Shown piece after piece: positions 38,605 to 51,590 of a stretch of DNA of 64,000 nucleotides; the first letter of the stretch is position 1, and each line of letters opens with the position of its first letter. Both the position numbers and the translations under genes were made by a program. The notes beneath the pieces are model-generated. The model was not told the DNA's origin. It saw nothing but the letters and a program-made list of their open reading frames with translations, and ran no database searches. Origin of the DNA: Octopus vulgaris (taxonomy: Eukaryota); NCBI GenBank assembly GCA_951406725.2, contig OX597828.1:40672001-40736000 (forward strand), written 5' to 3'.

Positions 38605-39728
38605 TAAAAGAAGTTCCAGGTAAATAAATATTACTTTTGAACCTGTTTCAACCTTCGATGGTGTCACTGAATGTTGTAGTGGTGGTGGCAGTGTCTGGTA
38701 GTAGGGGTAGCGGTGGTGATCAGTGGTTGTAGGGTCAGAGGTAGTGGTGTCAGTGGATGATGGTAGTAGTGATGCCTATGATGGTGGTGGTGGTGGTGGT
38801 AATGGTGGTAGTGTGATTGTTGACTGTGGTGGATGGTTGGTGACGTCATACGTCATTTACATGACATTACTCAGGTAATACAGAGATTTCTGTGTCTGTT
38901 GACAGAGACAGTTTAAACAAACTGGCAGTAAATAAAGACATTACTATCGCCAGCCACTGATTAACCTCCATGTTGCATTGCCAGTGTGTATAACGCTGAC
39001 AGTTTCACGTGAAATCATTTACCCCTAATAACCCCTGAAATACATATTGACATGAAATTCCCATTTTCTACTTTGGCCATGAGAGGAGAGGGTAGGTTTT
39101 GGTGGTTGGGGAGTGGAAGCAGTTTTTGGCAAGTGGGGAAGGGTGCAGGTTTGATCTATTACAGGTGAGGCTTTTTCTCCTTCTTTGAGATTCGTATGTG
39201 TGTATATACGTATGGGTACATTTGTGTATGCATATGAAAGTCTGTATATGAGTGTTTGCATGTTTGTGTGTGTTTTAATGTTTTCAGTATTTGTTCCCCC
39301 ACAGACATAAAGGTAATGAATGGACTTGAACTTAAAGATTTTTCTGGGGTTTTTTGTTGGTTTTTTTTTTTTTTTTTTTTTTTGTATATTCGAGCCTCAA
39401 GAACTGGTTAGTTGTATCCTTAAACTCATTCACCCAATTTATAAAAAAACCTCATATATAGACTTTTTATTTTGTGGGCAAGGCAGAAGGTGCATTCAGT
39501 TTATACATACATCTTACAATATCATTCCAATATCACTACCATCCACCACCACCACCACCATCACCACAACAATCAATGGTGGGTGGGTAGGGGGATGAGA
39601 AAATAATAGCAGATTCAGGCAAATTTCTTTACAGTGGCTCACTACATTTTTGAGGGTTCAAATCACAGTGTCTTCTTTTGTATTTCAGAACATTCAGAGG
39701 CACTGTCAGAATAAATGCTTGTTATAAT

Positions 39729-40110
39729 AGGCACAGGCATGGCTGTGTGGTAAGAAGCTTGCTACCCAACCACATGGTTCCAGTTTCAGTCCCACTGTGT
39801 GGTACCTTGAGCAAATGCCTTCTACTATAGCCCCAGGCTGACCTAAGCCTTGTGAGTGGATTTGGTAGACAGAAACTGAAAGGCCGTTATGTATGTGTGT
39901 GTGTGCACGCGTTTGTTCCCCACCACCACAATGACAACCGGTGTTGGTGTGTTTATGTCCCTGTAATTTAGAAGTTTAGCAAAAGAGACTTATAGAATAA
40001 GTACCAGGCTTTAAAAAAAATAGTGGGTTCAATTGATTTGACTAAAAATTCTTGAAGGCAGTGCCCCAGCATGGCTACAATCTAATGCCAGAAACAATTA
40101 AAAAGATAAA
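39729..40110 (+). mobile_element. Family A SINE, diverged
   Basis: Same head and body as the other family A copies. Confidence 0.82.
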
Positions 40111-41179
40111 AATACACATGGCACCAGTTCAATCAAAGCGATGCTTCATGAACCAATGATGGAGACCCTCCAAAGTGTGGTGGGGTAGGGTAGGATTGGG
40201 TTGCTCAACCTGCAAATGATGGCAGCCAAATATCCCTCAAATTACATACTATTGTTTTGAAAAGGAAGAAACACATTAGATAGGCCTTGATACATAATGG
40301 TAAAAAATTTACAGGAAGGTCATGGCTAGAATATCTTTGCTCATATGCACAGGTATGGCTGTGTGGAAAGAAGTTTGCTTCCCAAACATAAGGTTTCTGG
40401 TTCGGTCGTACAGCAAGGCACCGTTGGTGAATGTCTTTACTATAGCCCAAATAGTAGAAAATGTTGACGGCTGCCTGTGTGACAGGAATCTGCATCTGTA
40501 GTTTGTAAGAGAGCATTAAAGGAGGATTGAACCAAGAAGGCATTATAAACAATGTCATCTACTTTCTGGTGGTGGTGTTTAATTCCGTGCCAGTCACAAT
40601 CAAAGAAATGCCAGCTGTAACATTATTTTATACTTATGTCTGGAAAAAAAAGACAAGGTCATGGCTGGTTGCACCCAAAGAACGGACTTTATGTGGTTTC
40701 TGGACTTGCTAGAAACAGCAACCAAACCTCCCTCAAAATCTACTCTCATCATCATTTAACGCCTATTTTCCATGCTGACATGGAGATAACAATTTGACAG
40801 TAACTGTCAGGAGACAGCACCAAGTCCTGCTGTCTGTTTTGACATGGTTTCCCCAGCTGGATGTCCTTCCTAATGCCAACCACTTTACAGAGTGTACTGG
40901 GTACTTTCTATGAGGCACCAGCAGCAGTGATGTCACCAGGTAACTTGCAAGATAAGACCACCCCACCTCAACTGGGGTGGAGAGTAGTATTGAGGGACAG
41001 AAAAAGTGTCTTGCATTAGATGAGAGAGAGATTAAGAAGGTGAAAGCGAGATGAGGAGGGGTGGGCTGTACACCCAAGTTACTCAGTGGTGTATATAGTG
41101 AAGTGGGTCAGAGATTGAAGAGGACGTCTTAAAAAGGGTGCATCCAGAATAATGTAGTCCTAGATACACAATACATGAA

Positions 41180-41996
41180 TCCTTCAGCATTCAGATGACT
41201 CTATGTCAAATGTAATGCTTATTTATTCACATTGCTTTGATTTAATCATGCATTATCTCCTAGATTCAAGATTTCGATGGTGTGAAATTTTTAGCGTAGG
41301 TATGAGAGGATGGATCTGACTAGTTTGAATTTAAAATGAGAGGATGGATCTGACTAGTTTGAATTTAAAATGAGAGGATGGATCTGACTAGTTTGAATTC
41401 AAAATGAGAGGATGGATCTGACTAGTTTGAATTCAAAATGAGAGGATGGATCTGACTAGTTTGAATTTAAAATGAGAGGATGGATCTGACTAGTTTGAAT
41501 TTAAAATGAGAGGATGGATCTGACTAGTTTGAATTTAAAATGAGAGGATGGATCTGACTAGTTTGAATTTAAAATGAGAGGATGGATCTGACTAGTTTGA
41601 ATTTAAAATGAGAGGATGGATCTGACTAGTTTGAATTTAAAATGAGAGGATGGATCTGACTAGTTTGAATTTAAAATGAGAGGATGGATCTGACTAGTTT
41701 GAATTTAAAATGAGAGGATGGATCTGACTAGTTTGAATTTAAAATGAGAGGATGGATCTGACTAGTTTGAATTTAAAATGAGAGGATGGATCTGACTAGT
41801 TTGAATTTAAAATGAGAGGATGGATCTGACTAGTTTGAATTTAAAATGAGAGGATGGATCTGACTAGTTTGAATTTAAAATGAGAGGATGGATCTGACTA
41901 GTTTGAATTTAAAATGAGAGGATGGATCTGACTAGTTTGAATTTAAAATGGGTAGAATATTTGGGCCAGATATGGTCAGTTTAAAAGCTTAAGAGT
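41180..41996. mobile_element. piggyBac-type MITE copy with an internal minisatellite expansion
   Basis: ccttcagcattcagat...gcttaagag-ttaa matches the family in the same orientation as 48393-48608. Confidence 0.75.
41302..41947. repeat. Minisatellite, 19 x 34 bp (ATGAGAGGATGGATCTGACTAGTTTGAATTTAAA)
   Basis: 646 bp / 34 = 19 units; only units 3 and 4 carry a T>C variant. Confidence 0.97.
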
Positions 41997-42267
41997 TAAA
42001 CAAAGGATAATCATGACTGACACATCTTTACCTTAGGCCAGCAGAACCAGAACTGACCTGGAGACAAACAACAAACAGCAACATGTTTTTGTGGTTAAGG
42101 TGTTTGGCTAGTGATCATCAAGTGATTGGTTCAATTTCTGAACTGGATGAGGTGTTGTATCCTTGAGCAAGACACATCACTTCAGGCTGCTCCAGTCTAT
42201 TCTGCTGTACTGGATACCTGTCTGCTACTAGTGGAGCCCTCTTTCCTCAAACCCCAGCTGTTATCAC

Positions 42268-42432
42268 CAGGGGCGTAGCTAGAATGGGGCAAGCAGGGCA
42301 CATGCCCTGGGTGTAATTTTGGCCAAGATAATTTTTCAACAGCCGTTTCTATGCAAGTTTCCACTTTTTTGTTGGGGTGGGGCACAATTTTGATGCTTGC
42401 CCTGGGTACCATTTACCCAAGCTACGCCCCTG
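42268..42432. mobile_element. hAT-type MITE
   Basis: 13-bp TIR CAGGGGCGTAGCT/AGCTACGCCCCTG; 8-bp flanks gttatcac/gctgtcac. Confidence 0.75.
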
Positions 42433-42589
42433 GCTGTCACATCTTGGATGCCTTGCTGAATCAAAGATAAGACAGGTGAGGTGTCTATGACTACTCAAGA
42501 CTACATAGGCACCTAAAAGAAAAAAAAATCAGTGAAAGCATGCCACCTTACTAAAACACCCACAAGTAATGGCTGTACTGTACTACTAA

Positions 42590-42935
42590 GTGAAGGCACA
42601 TGGTTCAGTTGTTAGAGCATCAGGCTCACAATCTTGAGGTTGTGAGTTCGATTCCCAGACAAGACTGTGTGTTGTATTCTTGAGCAAGACACTTTATTTC
42701 ATGTTGCTCCAGTTCACTCAGCTGTAGAAAAGAGTTGTGATGTCACTGGTACCAAACTGTATCGGGGCCCCTTTGCCTTTCACTTGGATAACATCGATGG
42801 CATGGAGATGGGAGGCTGGTATCTATAGGCCACTGCTGGTCTTCCATAAACAGCCTTACCTGGACTTGTGCCTCGGAGGGGAATCTTCTAGGTGCAATCC
42901 CATGGTCATTCATGACCAAAGGGGTTCTTTACCCT
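42590..42935 (+). mobile_element. tRNA-derived SINE, family D
   Basis: gtgaaggcacatggttcagttgttagagc...gagttcgattccc head followed by ttgagcaagacactttatttc. Related heads lie at 44650-44947 (-) and 49700-49935 (-). Confidence 0.7.
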
Positions 42936-43099
42936 TGAATGTCCTACATTCACTCATTACAGTTCACTCATTAAATCATACTCACCTTATTCTTGCTTCA
43001 GATCTTCTGAACGTACCATCAGCATTGTCTTCTATAATTAGCTTCCCTACACATAGATATTCTATCAAAGTTTTTACTAATACAAGACTCATAAAAACA

Positions 43100-44599
43100 T
43101 TGATTTTAATTTTTCTTCACTTTTATTTCATTAAAAAAGGGAATTATGCTTGTTTTTATTATATTTTATTTATTTATTTTTTTATAATACTGGGTTGTTT
43201 CTTGGCCAAAACTTGCCAGTAAAGCTTTAAAGCTTAAAACCTCCAGTTTTAATGACTTACAGATTTTGGAAGATCATGTGATACAAAAAGATTCTTATTA
43301 TTTTTTTTTTTTAAATTAAATTTTCATATCCAAATATTTTAAGAAACGGAAAAGAAAATATGAGTAAAAAATAAACAATAATGATAAACACTGAAGAAAA
43401 ACAAAGGATGAGAAGAGGGAGGGTGGGTGTTATGGAGAAGATAGTTCATACCATCTGTTGTAATGAAGTGCATTAACAAAAAAAAAAAAAAACTCAATAC
43501 AAAATCTGATCAGTCTGAAAGTTAAAAAAAAAAAACTTTTTTAATTATTTAAATTTTAAAAAAAAATTATTTTGAACTTTTTTTTTTTCATTAAAAAAAA
43601 AACATCATTTTAAATAATATATATATATAAAAAAATCTACCATTATTAAACATGACACCCCAAACTGATCTTTTCATAAACCCAAATACTTAAATTTGTT
43701 TGAAGAACAACATCAAGTTAAAGAGTCAACTTTCAAAACTGTTTTGTCTGTGAATTGAAGGTGGTGGTGGTGGTGGTTAAGTGGAGTGTGGCTTTGAAAC
43801 ATTACTGAACAAGAATTTTCTTTTTCTCCCCCTTAAAAATTCATTCGATTGAAGTTGTTACAAACAACAACAACAATAGTGGAATATTCTTTTAAAGGCA
43901 AAAAAAAAAAAAAGCAAACAAACAAGAAAACACAATCTGAGACCAACCCAGTAAACACAAAAAAAAAAAAAACACACATCCTGAAATATGTGTTTGTTAA
44001 TTGGTTGCCTTGATCAACTTTTTTTTTTTTACAACTTTTTAATTATTTTTTTTTTTTTGAAATGTGAAAAACATTACCAATGACAGGAGATGATAAAGAA
44101 TGGATTTATGGGTGGGTGGGTTGGAGGTACAAGGATTGGGTCAACAATTAATGAAGGAATGGGTTAGGGAGGGGAAGTGGGGAGCAACAATATATATATG
44201 CATATATATATATATATATATACATACACACACACATATATAAAGCAACATTGTTTCTTTTTTTGTTGTTTTTTCTTTCTTGTTCTTCAGAAATATGAAT
44301 AGTACTTGATATTATGATATTGTTTTGACACAGGGGCAGTGGTGTACGTTCTGATAGTAGTAGTAGTAGTAGTAGTAGTATGTTTGGATGATTAAGAATG
44401 GTGTGAATTAGAATAGATTCCCTCCTTTTCATATTTATATATTTGCATGTGTGTGTGCGCGTGTGTGTGCGCGTGTGTGTGTGCGCGTGTGTGTGTACAT
44501 GTATATAAATGATTTCTCAAAGTGGAGAGAACTTGATGTCAGCATGAAACAAAGTAGTCGTTTTTACTATACTAATTGTTATATATATATGTATGTATG

Positions 44600-44630
<31 letters not shown>

Positions 44631-45591
44631 ATACATATATGGATATGGAGTACTCCATCGGTTACGACGACGAGGGTCCCAGCTGATACGATCAACGGAA
44701 CAGCTTGCTCGTGAAATTAACATGCAAGTGCACTGAGCAATCCACAGACACGTGTACCCTTAACGTAGTTCTCAGGAAGATTCAGCGTGACACAGAGTGT
44801 GTCAAGGCTGGTCCTTTGAAATACAGGTACAACTCATTTTTGCCAGCTTAGTGGACTGGAGCAACGTGAAATAAAGTGCGATGTTCAAGGACACAACGAC
44901 CTTACAATCGTTAGCCAAATGCCCTAACCACTAAGCTACGCGCCTTCATATACATATACACACGCATATATATATACATAATTTGTGTAGTGAGCAATTT
45001 AAATTTGGACAGTGATTATTGTTCGGATTCGGAAAGTAGAAAACCCCTTTAAATAATGAGCATTCATAGGAGGATGGGGGGAAATTTAAATGCATTTCTT
45101 AGTGTTTATTCAAACTTGATGCAGTTTGGTATTTAACTGAATGCATTCTCCTCTTTTGAACTCATAGCAAAAGAAGAAAACTGTAACATCATCATCATCG
45201 TCGTCGTCGTTTAACGTCCGCTTTCCATGCTGGCATGGGTTAACATTTTAAAGAATTTATATACACATTATATATACATAAAAAAAAAAGCCAATGTAAA
45301 TAGCAGCCAAATCTCCCACATAACATACGCTACCATCTTAAAAATGGGAAGGATACTTTGGATTTTATATATATATACATATATAAAACTTTAATGCCTA
45401 TTTCTGCTTTGCATTCCGTATCTTACAAGAATGACAAAATAAAAGCACCAGGCAAAAAGAGGGAGAGGGGTTGATATAGTTGACAAAGCCATTAAATGTG
45501 GTGTCCCAGCATGGCCTCATCTCAATGGCTGAAACAAATTAAAAGAAGGAAAAAAATTTTAAAAACCCATATATATGTAATGTCCATATTT

Positions 45592-45639
<48 letters not shown>

Positions 45640-47167
45640 AAACTCACTGATAAATAAATTACTGGGTTTTTTTTTTCTTCTTTAAGAAATATAAATATCA
45701 CTTAACCCCCACAAACTTTCTTTCCAACATTAGAAATATCTTAATACTGTTTTCAAATTGAGGCACAAGGCCAGCGATTTCAGGGTAAAGAGTAAGCCAA
45801 CCTCAGCAGAATTTGAACTCGTAACATGCCACTAAGTATTTTGTCCGGCATGCTAATGCTTCTACTAGATTGCCACCTTAAAACATCTTAACATTGATTT
45901 ACAGTGCTTTTCCCTTCCCCACACTGTTTTTGTTTGTTTTAGTTATTTTTGATTAACCTTTGGTCATCGTTGGCTCGGGAACAGGGGGCAATGAAAACAC
46001 TTTGAACACCCTCCTGAAAGACTTCATTGCCAAAACGAACAAGCATAGAAATATTTTTGAATTGACTTGATACAAATGAAAACAATAATAAAAATTTATT
46101 ATTATTATTATATTATAATACCTGTGCTTGTTTTATATCAAGAGTACAAAAAATATCGACCTTGATGGTAAAAAAAATTTTGAACCTGGGTTTGTAAATT
46201 TCATTCCCACACTTTTGTTGATCATCACTGACTGAGCAGACCTTTGATGAAAAACATTCCAGTTATGACCGACCTGTCATTCTCTGCTTAAGATGGCAGG
46301 GTTTGATTCAAGAAAGATTTAGCTGCTATTTCTGATGGTTCAAGAGACCACATAGAGGCTCCCTCACTAACTGAACTCTGAGTTCCCACACCACACAGCC
46401 TCAACCCTTCCAGTACTAAACTTCAGAAAACTGGAAAAGTGAAGTTGATTTAGCTTAGATTCAAACCGAGAACAAAGAATGGATAGGTGACAAGTTCTCC
46501 CCTGCTCTGATTGCATGTGATATGCCATGTTCTTTAATGTCAGTTATTGAGGTTCAGTCCATTTAGAGGTAACAGATGTGAAAGAGTAAATTGAATTTTT
46601 TCAAATGTTAAACAGATCAGAGACCAAACTGTTATGCCTGTGTTGTGTGTTCATTCCTCTTTGGTTTTGAGCACTGGTTACACAGAGTAGGATAAATGTG
46701 ATTCTTCAGATTCATTAATTGGTTAATTAAATTAAGAAGGAAGTGGGACATGAGTGTCGAGAGAAACACAAAGCGATAAAGAGAAGAAAGGATTTTAAAA
46801 AAAAATGAAAATAGAAGAGAAATAAATGTTAAATCAATTGTGATGTGTAGTGTGTGCATGTGTCTGCATCGAATACATGCCTGTTTGTGTGTGTAAGCGA
46901 GAGAGAATGAGAGAAGAATATCTGTTGTGTTAGTTTGAAAATAAAGTTACAGAGTATGTATTGATTTCTACTGCTACGCCACGGCTGACAGAATCGCTTG
47001 TGCGCATGTATGTGTGTATGTGTAGAGGGAAGGGGCTGGCCTGTGTGTGCATGTTTAAGTAGATGAGGAAGCCTATGTGTATACATGTTTGTGTGTGTGT
47101 GTGTGTGTATGTGTGTGTGTGTGTGTATGTGTGTGTGTGCGTGTGATGTTTTTAATATTCACTGGTT
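43100..47167 (-). other. Possible long 3' UTR of the MOB3-like gene (end uncertain)
   Basis: U/A-rich low-complexity sequence downstream of the stop, with clustered AATAAA on the minus strand (TTTATT on +) at about 43120-43180. Inference only. Confidence 0.3.
44650..44947 (-). mobile_element. tRNA-derived SINE related to family D
   Basis: Reverse complement begins tgaaggcgcgtagcttagtggttagggc; body is shared with 49700-49935. Confidence 0.65.
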
Positions 47168-47200
47168 TTACAAGTTGCAGATTCTTTCAGACATCTCCTT
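47168..47200 (-). CDS. MOB3: MOB3-like terminal coding exon (KEMSERICNL*)
   Basis: Acceptor tcttttgcag, then AAG GAG ATG TCT GAA AGA ATC TGC AAC TTG TAA. Matches the MOB3 C-terminus KEMTARMCH. The spliced visible CDS is 204 codons plus stop. Confidence 0.9.
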   Translation of the reverse strand, partial: KEMSERICNL

Positions 47201-47818
47201 CTGCAAAAGAAGAAAGGGAAATTAGGGAAAAAAGAAGTAGATGATTGGTTATATCAGTTAAGTTGATAGAAAACAAAATAAGGAGAGGGTGGATGACCAC
47301 GCTTGCATTAGGCATACATGGGGGGGGGGGGGAGAATCATCAACAAAGGGAATTGATTACAAATATGAGATTAGAACTGGAGACAACAATTTTGTTACAA
47401 GCAGATCAATTACTTTTCATTGGTTTTAGTTAGGAGGGAGGGCTTGTGCTCATAACCTTCAGAACTCCCCTAAAACTGCCCAAACTCATATCAGAAGCTA
47501 GTGTGTATCTGTGAGAGTAGAGAGAGAGAGAGTGTGTGTGTGTTGTTTAGCACTATGATCAAGACCTCCTAGTTGGGGACACCCCCACCCTCTTCACCTT
47601 TTCAGGTTACAGGCTGTGAATCAAGGAAGATTAAACAACTTTCTATCAGGTGAAATCTTTGACACAAGGTAGATAACTCTACGTTTCTCAGGCTAATAAA
47701 TTTTACGGATTTTGCTGCAAATTTGTGGATTTGGAAGACGGGAGTGAATCTTTGTTTTATCATCACCTAACAGTTGTAAACAAGCATCACCGTCATAAAA
47801 GTAGCGTATTTTGTTTCT

Positions 47819-48175
47819 AGGCGCAGGCGTGGCTGTGTGGTAAGATGCTTGCTTCCCAACCAAATGGTTGCAGCTTTAGTCCCACTGCATGGTACCTTGG
47901 GCAAGTGTCTCCTATTATAGCCTCTGGCCAACCAAAACCTTGTAAATGGATATGGTAGACGGAAACTGAAAACCCGTCGTGTGTTTGTGTTTGTCCCACC
48001 ACTACAGCTTAACAACCGGTGTTGGTGTGTTTACATCCCCGTAACTTAGCAGTTTGGCAGAACAGACTAATAGGATAAGTACCAGGCTTAATAAAATATA
48101 AGTACTGGGGTTGATTCAATTGACTAAAAATTCTCTTAAGTGGCCGCAGTCTAGTGACTGAAACAAGTAAAAAGC
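47819..48175 (+). mobile_element. Family A SINE in the last MOB3 intron
   Basis: aggcgcaggcgtggctgtgtggtaag...tgactgaaacaagtaaaa. Confidence 0.85.
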
Positions 48176-48392
48176 TAAAAGGTCATCATGTCACATGTCT
48201 AGCTATAGGAAAATATTATTTTACTAGGAGACAGGTGAGGATTGGTGACAAGGGCATTTGGCTGCAGAAAAGTTGCTTCAACAAATTTCATGCAACTCAT
48301 GTAAGTAGAGAAAAGTGAACACAAAACGATCGTCGTCATATAACGTCCTCCAGAGATCACTTCTGATTTGTATACAAAGTCTTTCATTTTAA

Positions 48393-48608
48393 CCCTTTAA
48401 TATTCAGATTACTCTATCAAATGTAATGCTTATTTATTCATCTTCTGAATGTATCCTGTATTATCTTGAAGCCTTCAGATTTCAATGATGTAACTATATT
48501 TTTTAGACTAACATTGTAGGGTAGGTGTAAGAAGTTGGATCGGGCTACTGTAAACATAAAAAAGGAAGAATATTTTGGCTGGATATGACCAGTTTAAATG
48601 CTAAAGGG
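48393..48608. mobile_element. piggyBac-type MITE in the last MOB3 intron
   Basis: TTAA-CCCTTTAA...GCTAAAGGG-TTAA. Confidence 0.8.
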
Positions 48609-48802
48609 TTAAAATATTCACAATGAAATTTAAACCCCCTCATTATTTTGTTTTTGTAAGTGTTCAAAACACAAACTTCAATGATGACAGAGTCATTTGA
48701 TTTATTAAATACTTCTAAATCCTTTGTTCTCAAATTAATGAAACACACATGGGAGTGGAGGGGGTATTCCCTTAGACTTTTACAGACAGTTAAATCACTT
48801 AC

Positions 48803-48889
48803 CAAAGGCTGTAACTCTCTCTTGTCTATCAAGTTATGCTCTGTTACAAAATAGTAGAAATGTTTATAGCATGTGTTTCCATGAGCCTC
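48803..48889 (-). CDS. MOB3: MOB3-like coding exon ([29 protein letters not shown])
   Basis: Acceptor cttccag, donor gtaagt, 87 nt in phase 0. [10 protein letters not shown] is the MOB3-type motif (MOB1 has NTSFKHFIFF). Confidence 0.95.
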
Positions 48890-49327
48890 CTGGAAGAAAA
48901 TTAGTGAACATGAGTAAATCATAAAAATGATGGAAATAACAACTAATATATATTCAAGAATAGGAATTCTGAAAAGTAATGAAGTTAACAAACTGATAGT
49001 ATTTCCCTCCCCGCCATCACATAATTGTTTCAAGTTATTTATCTATAAAATATGTTGATGCTAATTGTTTTGTTAATTTTTCAGACGACAGCTGTTTTCC
49101 TATAATAAAAAAAAGTACACTCTTGCAATATATTTACTTTAGATTCATTCATCACAAGAGAGATCATATGGAATGTTATACTTCGCTGATGAGGTCAGAA
49201 TAAAACCAAAACATGTTTGCAGATGTCTTCCTCAAAAATTAAAATATTTTCAGAAAACTTAAAAAAAAAAAATTTTAAAAAGGGTGGGGAAACGATAGTG
49301 ACATCTGGGGTACAGAAGGATACTTAC

Positions 49328-49443
49328 AGCACCAATACCAATAAGTTTGTCGAAATGATGAATGTACACATGAACAAACACCCGGAATAGTCTGGTCATA
49401 ATTTTTTTTACTATTTGAAGATAATTTCTCGGAAAAGGCACTC
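49328..49443 (-). CDS. MOB3: MOB3-like coding exon ((G)[38 protein letters not shown])
   Basis: Acceptor atttcag, donor gtaagt, 116 nt. [14 protein letters not shown] is identical to MOB3 and carries the two His zinc ligands. Confidence 0.95.
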
Positions 49444-50750
49444 CTGAAATAAAAGACGGATTGATTACAGAAAGTTGGAGGAAAAGGTAAAAAAAACATC
49501 AACAACACAAAGTTACTTGAGGGACCCCCCCACGAAAATGACATAAACACATGTGTACAAGGTAAGTATGCACAATAGGGAAACAATGGGCAAAAGCTGC
49601 AGAGAAAATGGAAATGCTGGAAAGGAACAATGCAAGCATGATTTGCTACACGTGGCCTGGCTTGGCTGACAAATATTCCAATTGAAAAGATCAAAAGACA
49701 ACCTGCTCGTGAAATTAACGTGCAAGTGGCTAAACACTCCACATACACGCATCCCCTTAACTCAGGGAGATTTAGTGTGACCTACCAAATGTGACAAAGC
49801 TGGCCCTTGTGAACTACAGGTACAACTCCTTTTTGTCAACTGAATGGATTGGAGCAATGTGAAATAAAGTGTCTTGTTCAAGGGCCCAACGTGCTGCCAG
49901 GAATTGAACCCACGACCTTATGATTGCGAGAACACAATGAACTTGAACTTGGTACCACATAGTTGCAGAACAAACTTCTAACGTGTGTGTAATTTGCTGT
50001 AGTTTTATGTACAACAAACTACACACTCAGAATAGCAACAGAATGAACATCAGCCTCCAATGACTAAACAAACACTGCTTAGTGGTACAAAGATGCAACT
50101 GTAAAAAAAACAAATGCTCAAACATTTAAGCTATAAGACAACTAGACTAAAACGGACAGCGGGACGCTACTAAATACTCGGTTACGGTGTAGGCACGGAA
50201 CCAATTGATTGTGTTTGGACGGGCTTTTTGGAGCAAGCAGAGTTATGTACCTTCAAAAGCGACAAGAAGAGTTATGTACCTTGCATAAGTGGATAAGTTA
50301 ACGTGGAAAAATATGAAAACATTTTCTTTTTAAATTTCTTATATGTTAAATCAATGTTTCCGAAACTTATTTTAGGGTGCCGCACCCTTGGTACCCGGAC
50401 GGTATTCCTAGCGCCCTCCCCCCACTCACCACTACAAACAGACCGTTTTATGCAGCAAATTCGAAACTGTATTTCACAAAAAAATTACCCTAATTAACTA
50501 ACCAGGATTTTTTGTTTACATCCATTAACCCCTTTTCTCTACCCACGATCGCCCCACATTTCTTCAACGTCACCCCCCCCCGCTTCCAAGAGGAAAGTTA
50601 TTTGGAATTGCTGTTTTCTTTGGCAATGAAGTATTTACATTAATCATTGGTAGATGTCTCATAGCCATGTGAGAGAGAGGGAGGGAGAAGGAAAGAAAAA
50701 AAAAGACAGGATTAGATGCAGTGAGAAGAGAAAGCCATGGTCGGACTTAC

Positions 50751-50884
50751 CGACAGTGACAGGGAATATTGTTTCTTCATTGATCTGACTTTCCACCCAA
50801 TCCATTAGTAATGATATGTAGACTGGGGCTGGTAGTGCTGTAGGTTTCTTGTAATTCACTCCATCACACCAATGGTATTCATAC
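50751..50884 (-). CDS. MOB3: MOB3-like coding exon ([44 protein letters not shown])
   Basis: Acceptor ttcttag, donor gtaagt, 134 nt. Matches the MOB3 YEYxW...KPTAL.AP.Y..LLMDW motif. Confidence 0.95.
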
Positions 50885-51197
50885 CTAAGAAAGAAGAGAA
50901 GTAACAGCGTCAGTAGATGCAGTAATAATAGCAAGTCCTTTTAATTGTCAATAAAGACAGAGAGAACAAATATGCAAAAAAAAAAAAACAAAACAATGGT
51001 AATTACATTAATATCAGTGTAGTGAATTAGCAAAATAGTCAGAGTACTGGAGAAAATATTTTGTTGTATTTAGTTATGGCTTTTTCATCCATTCATAACC
51101 AAGATATGAATCAAATGCTTGGACAAGGAAAAGACAAGAGATCAATATAATCACTGTATCCTTCTTCCTAAATTTCTAGTCTTGTATCCATGTTGTT

Positions 51198-51590
51198 GGC
51201 AAGCTGACAGAATCGTTAGCATGCCGGGTGAAATGTTCAGTGGTATATTTTGTCCGTCTTCACGTTCTTAGTTCAAATTCGGCTGAGGTTGACTTTGCCT
51301 TTCATCCTTTCAGGGTCGATAGAATAAGTAAGTACCAGTTGAGTACAAGGGTCAATATAATCAATTACCCACCTTCTCCAAATTTCGAACCTTGTGCCTA
51401 TACATTATTTACATCTGACAGACATTTGTCCTCATCTTGTTTTGTTAACACAACGTTTCGGCTGATATACACTCCAGCCTTCATCAGGTGTCTTGGGGAA
51501 ATTTCGAACCTGGGTTCTCATTGCTAAGGTATTTTTCGATGTTGTTATTATTATTATTATTATTGTGCCTATAGTAGAAAAAATTATTAT
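51198..51590 (+). mobile_element. SINE family B, interrupted near its 3' end by a 160-bp insertion (51403-51562)
   Basis: Body matches family B; ttgtgcctata is duplicated at 51392-51402 and 51563-51573. Confidence 0.75.
51447..51492 (-). ncRNA. Minimal type I hammerhead ribozyme motif (Penelope-like-element type)
   Basis: Minus strand reads gacac CUGAUGA a ggcug gaguguauau cagcc GAAA cg UU guguu: 5-bp stem I, 5-bp stem II, intact core and palindromic AACGUU in place of stem III. Confidence 0.6.

Noticed and set aside
38664-38849. His/Thr-rich ORF
   Set aside because: Translation of a degenerate (GTG/GTA)n low-complexity tract.
49186-49222. Second hammerhead-like motif (ctgatgaggt...accaaaacatgt)
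   Set aside because: Core G12 is replaced by A and there is no convincing stem I; at most a decayed copy, and antisense to MOB3.
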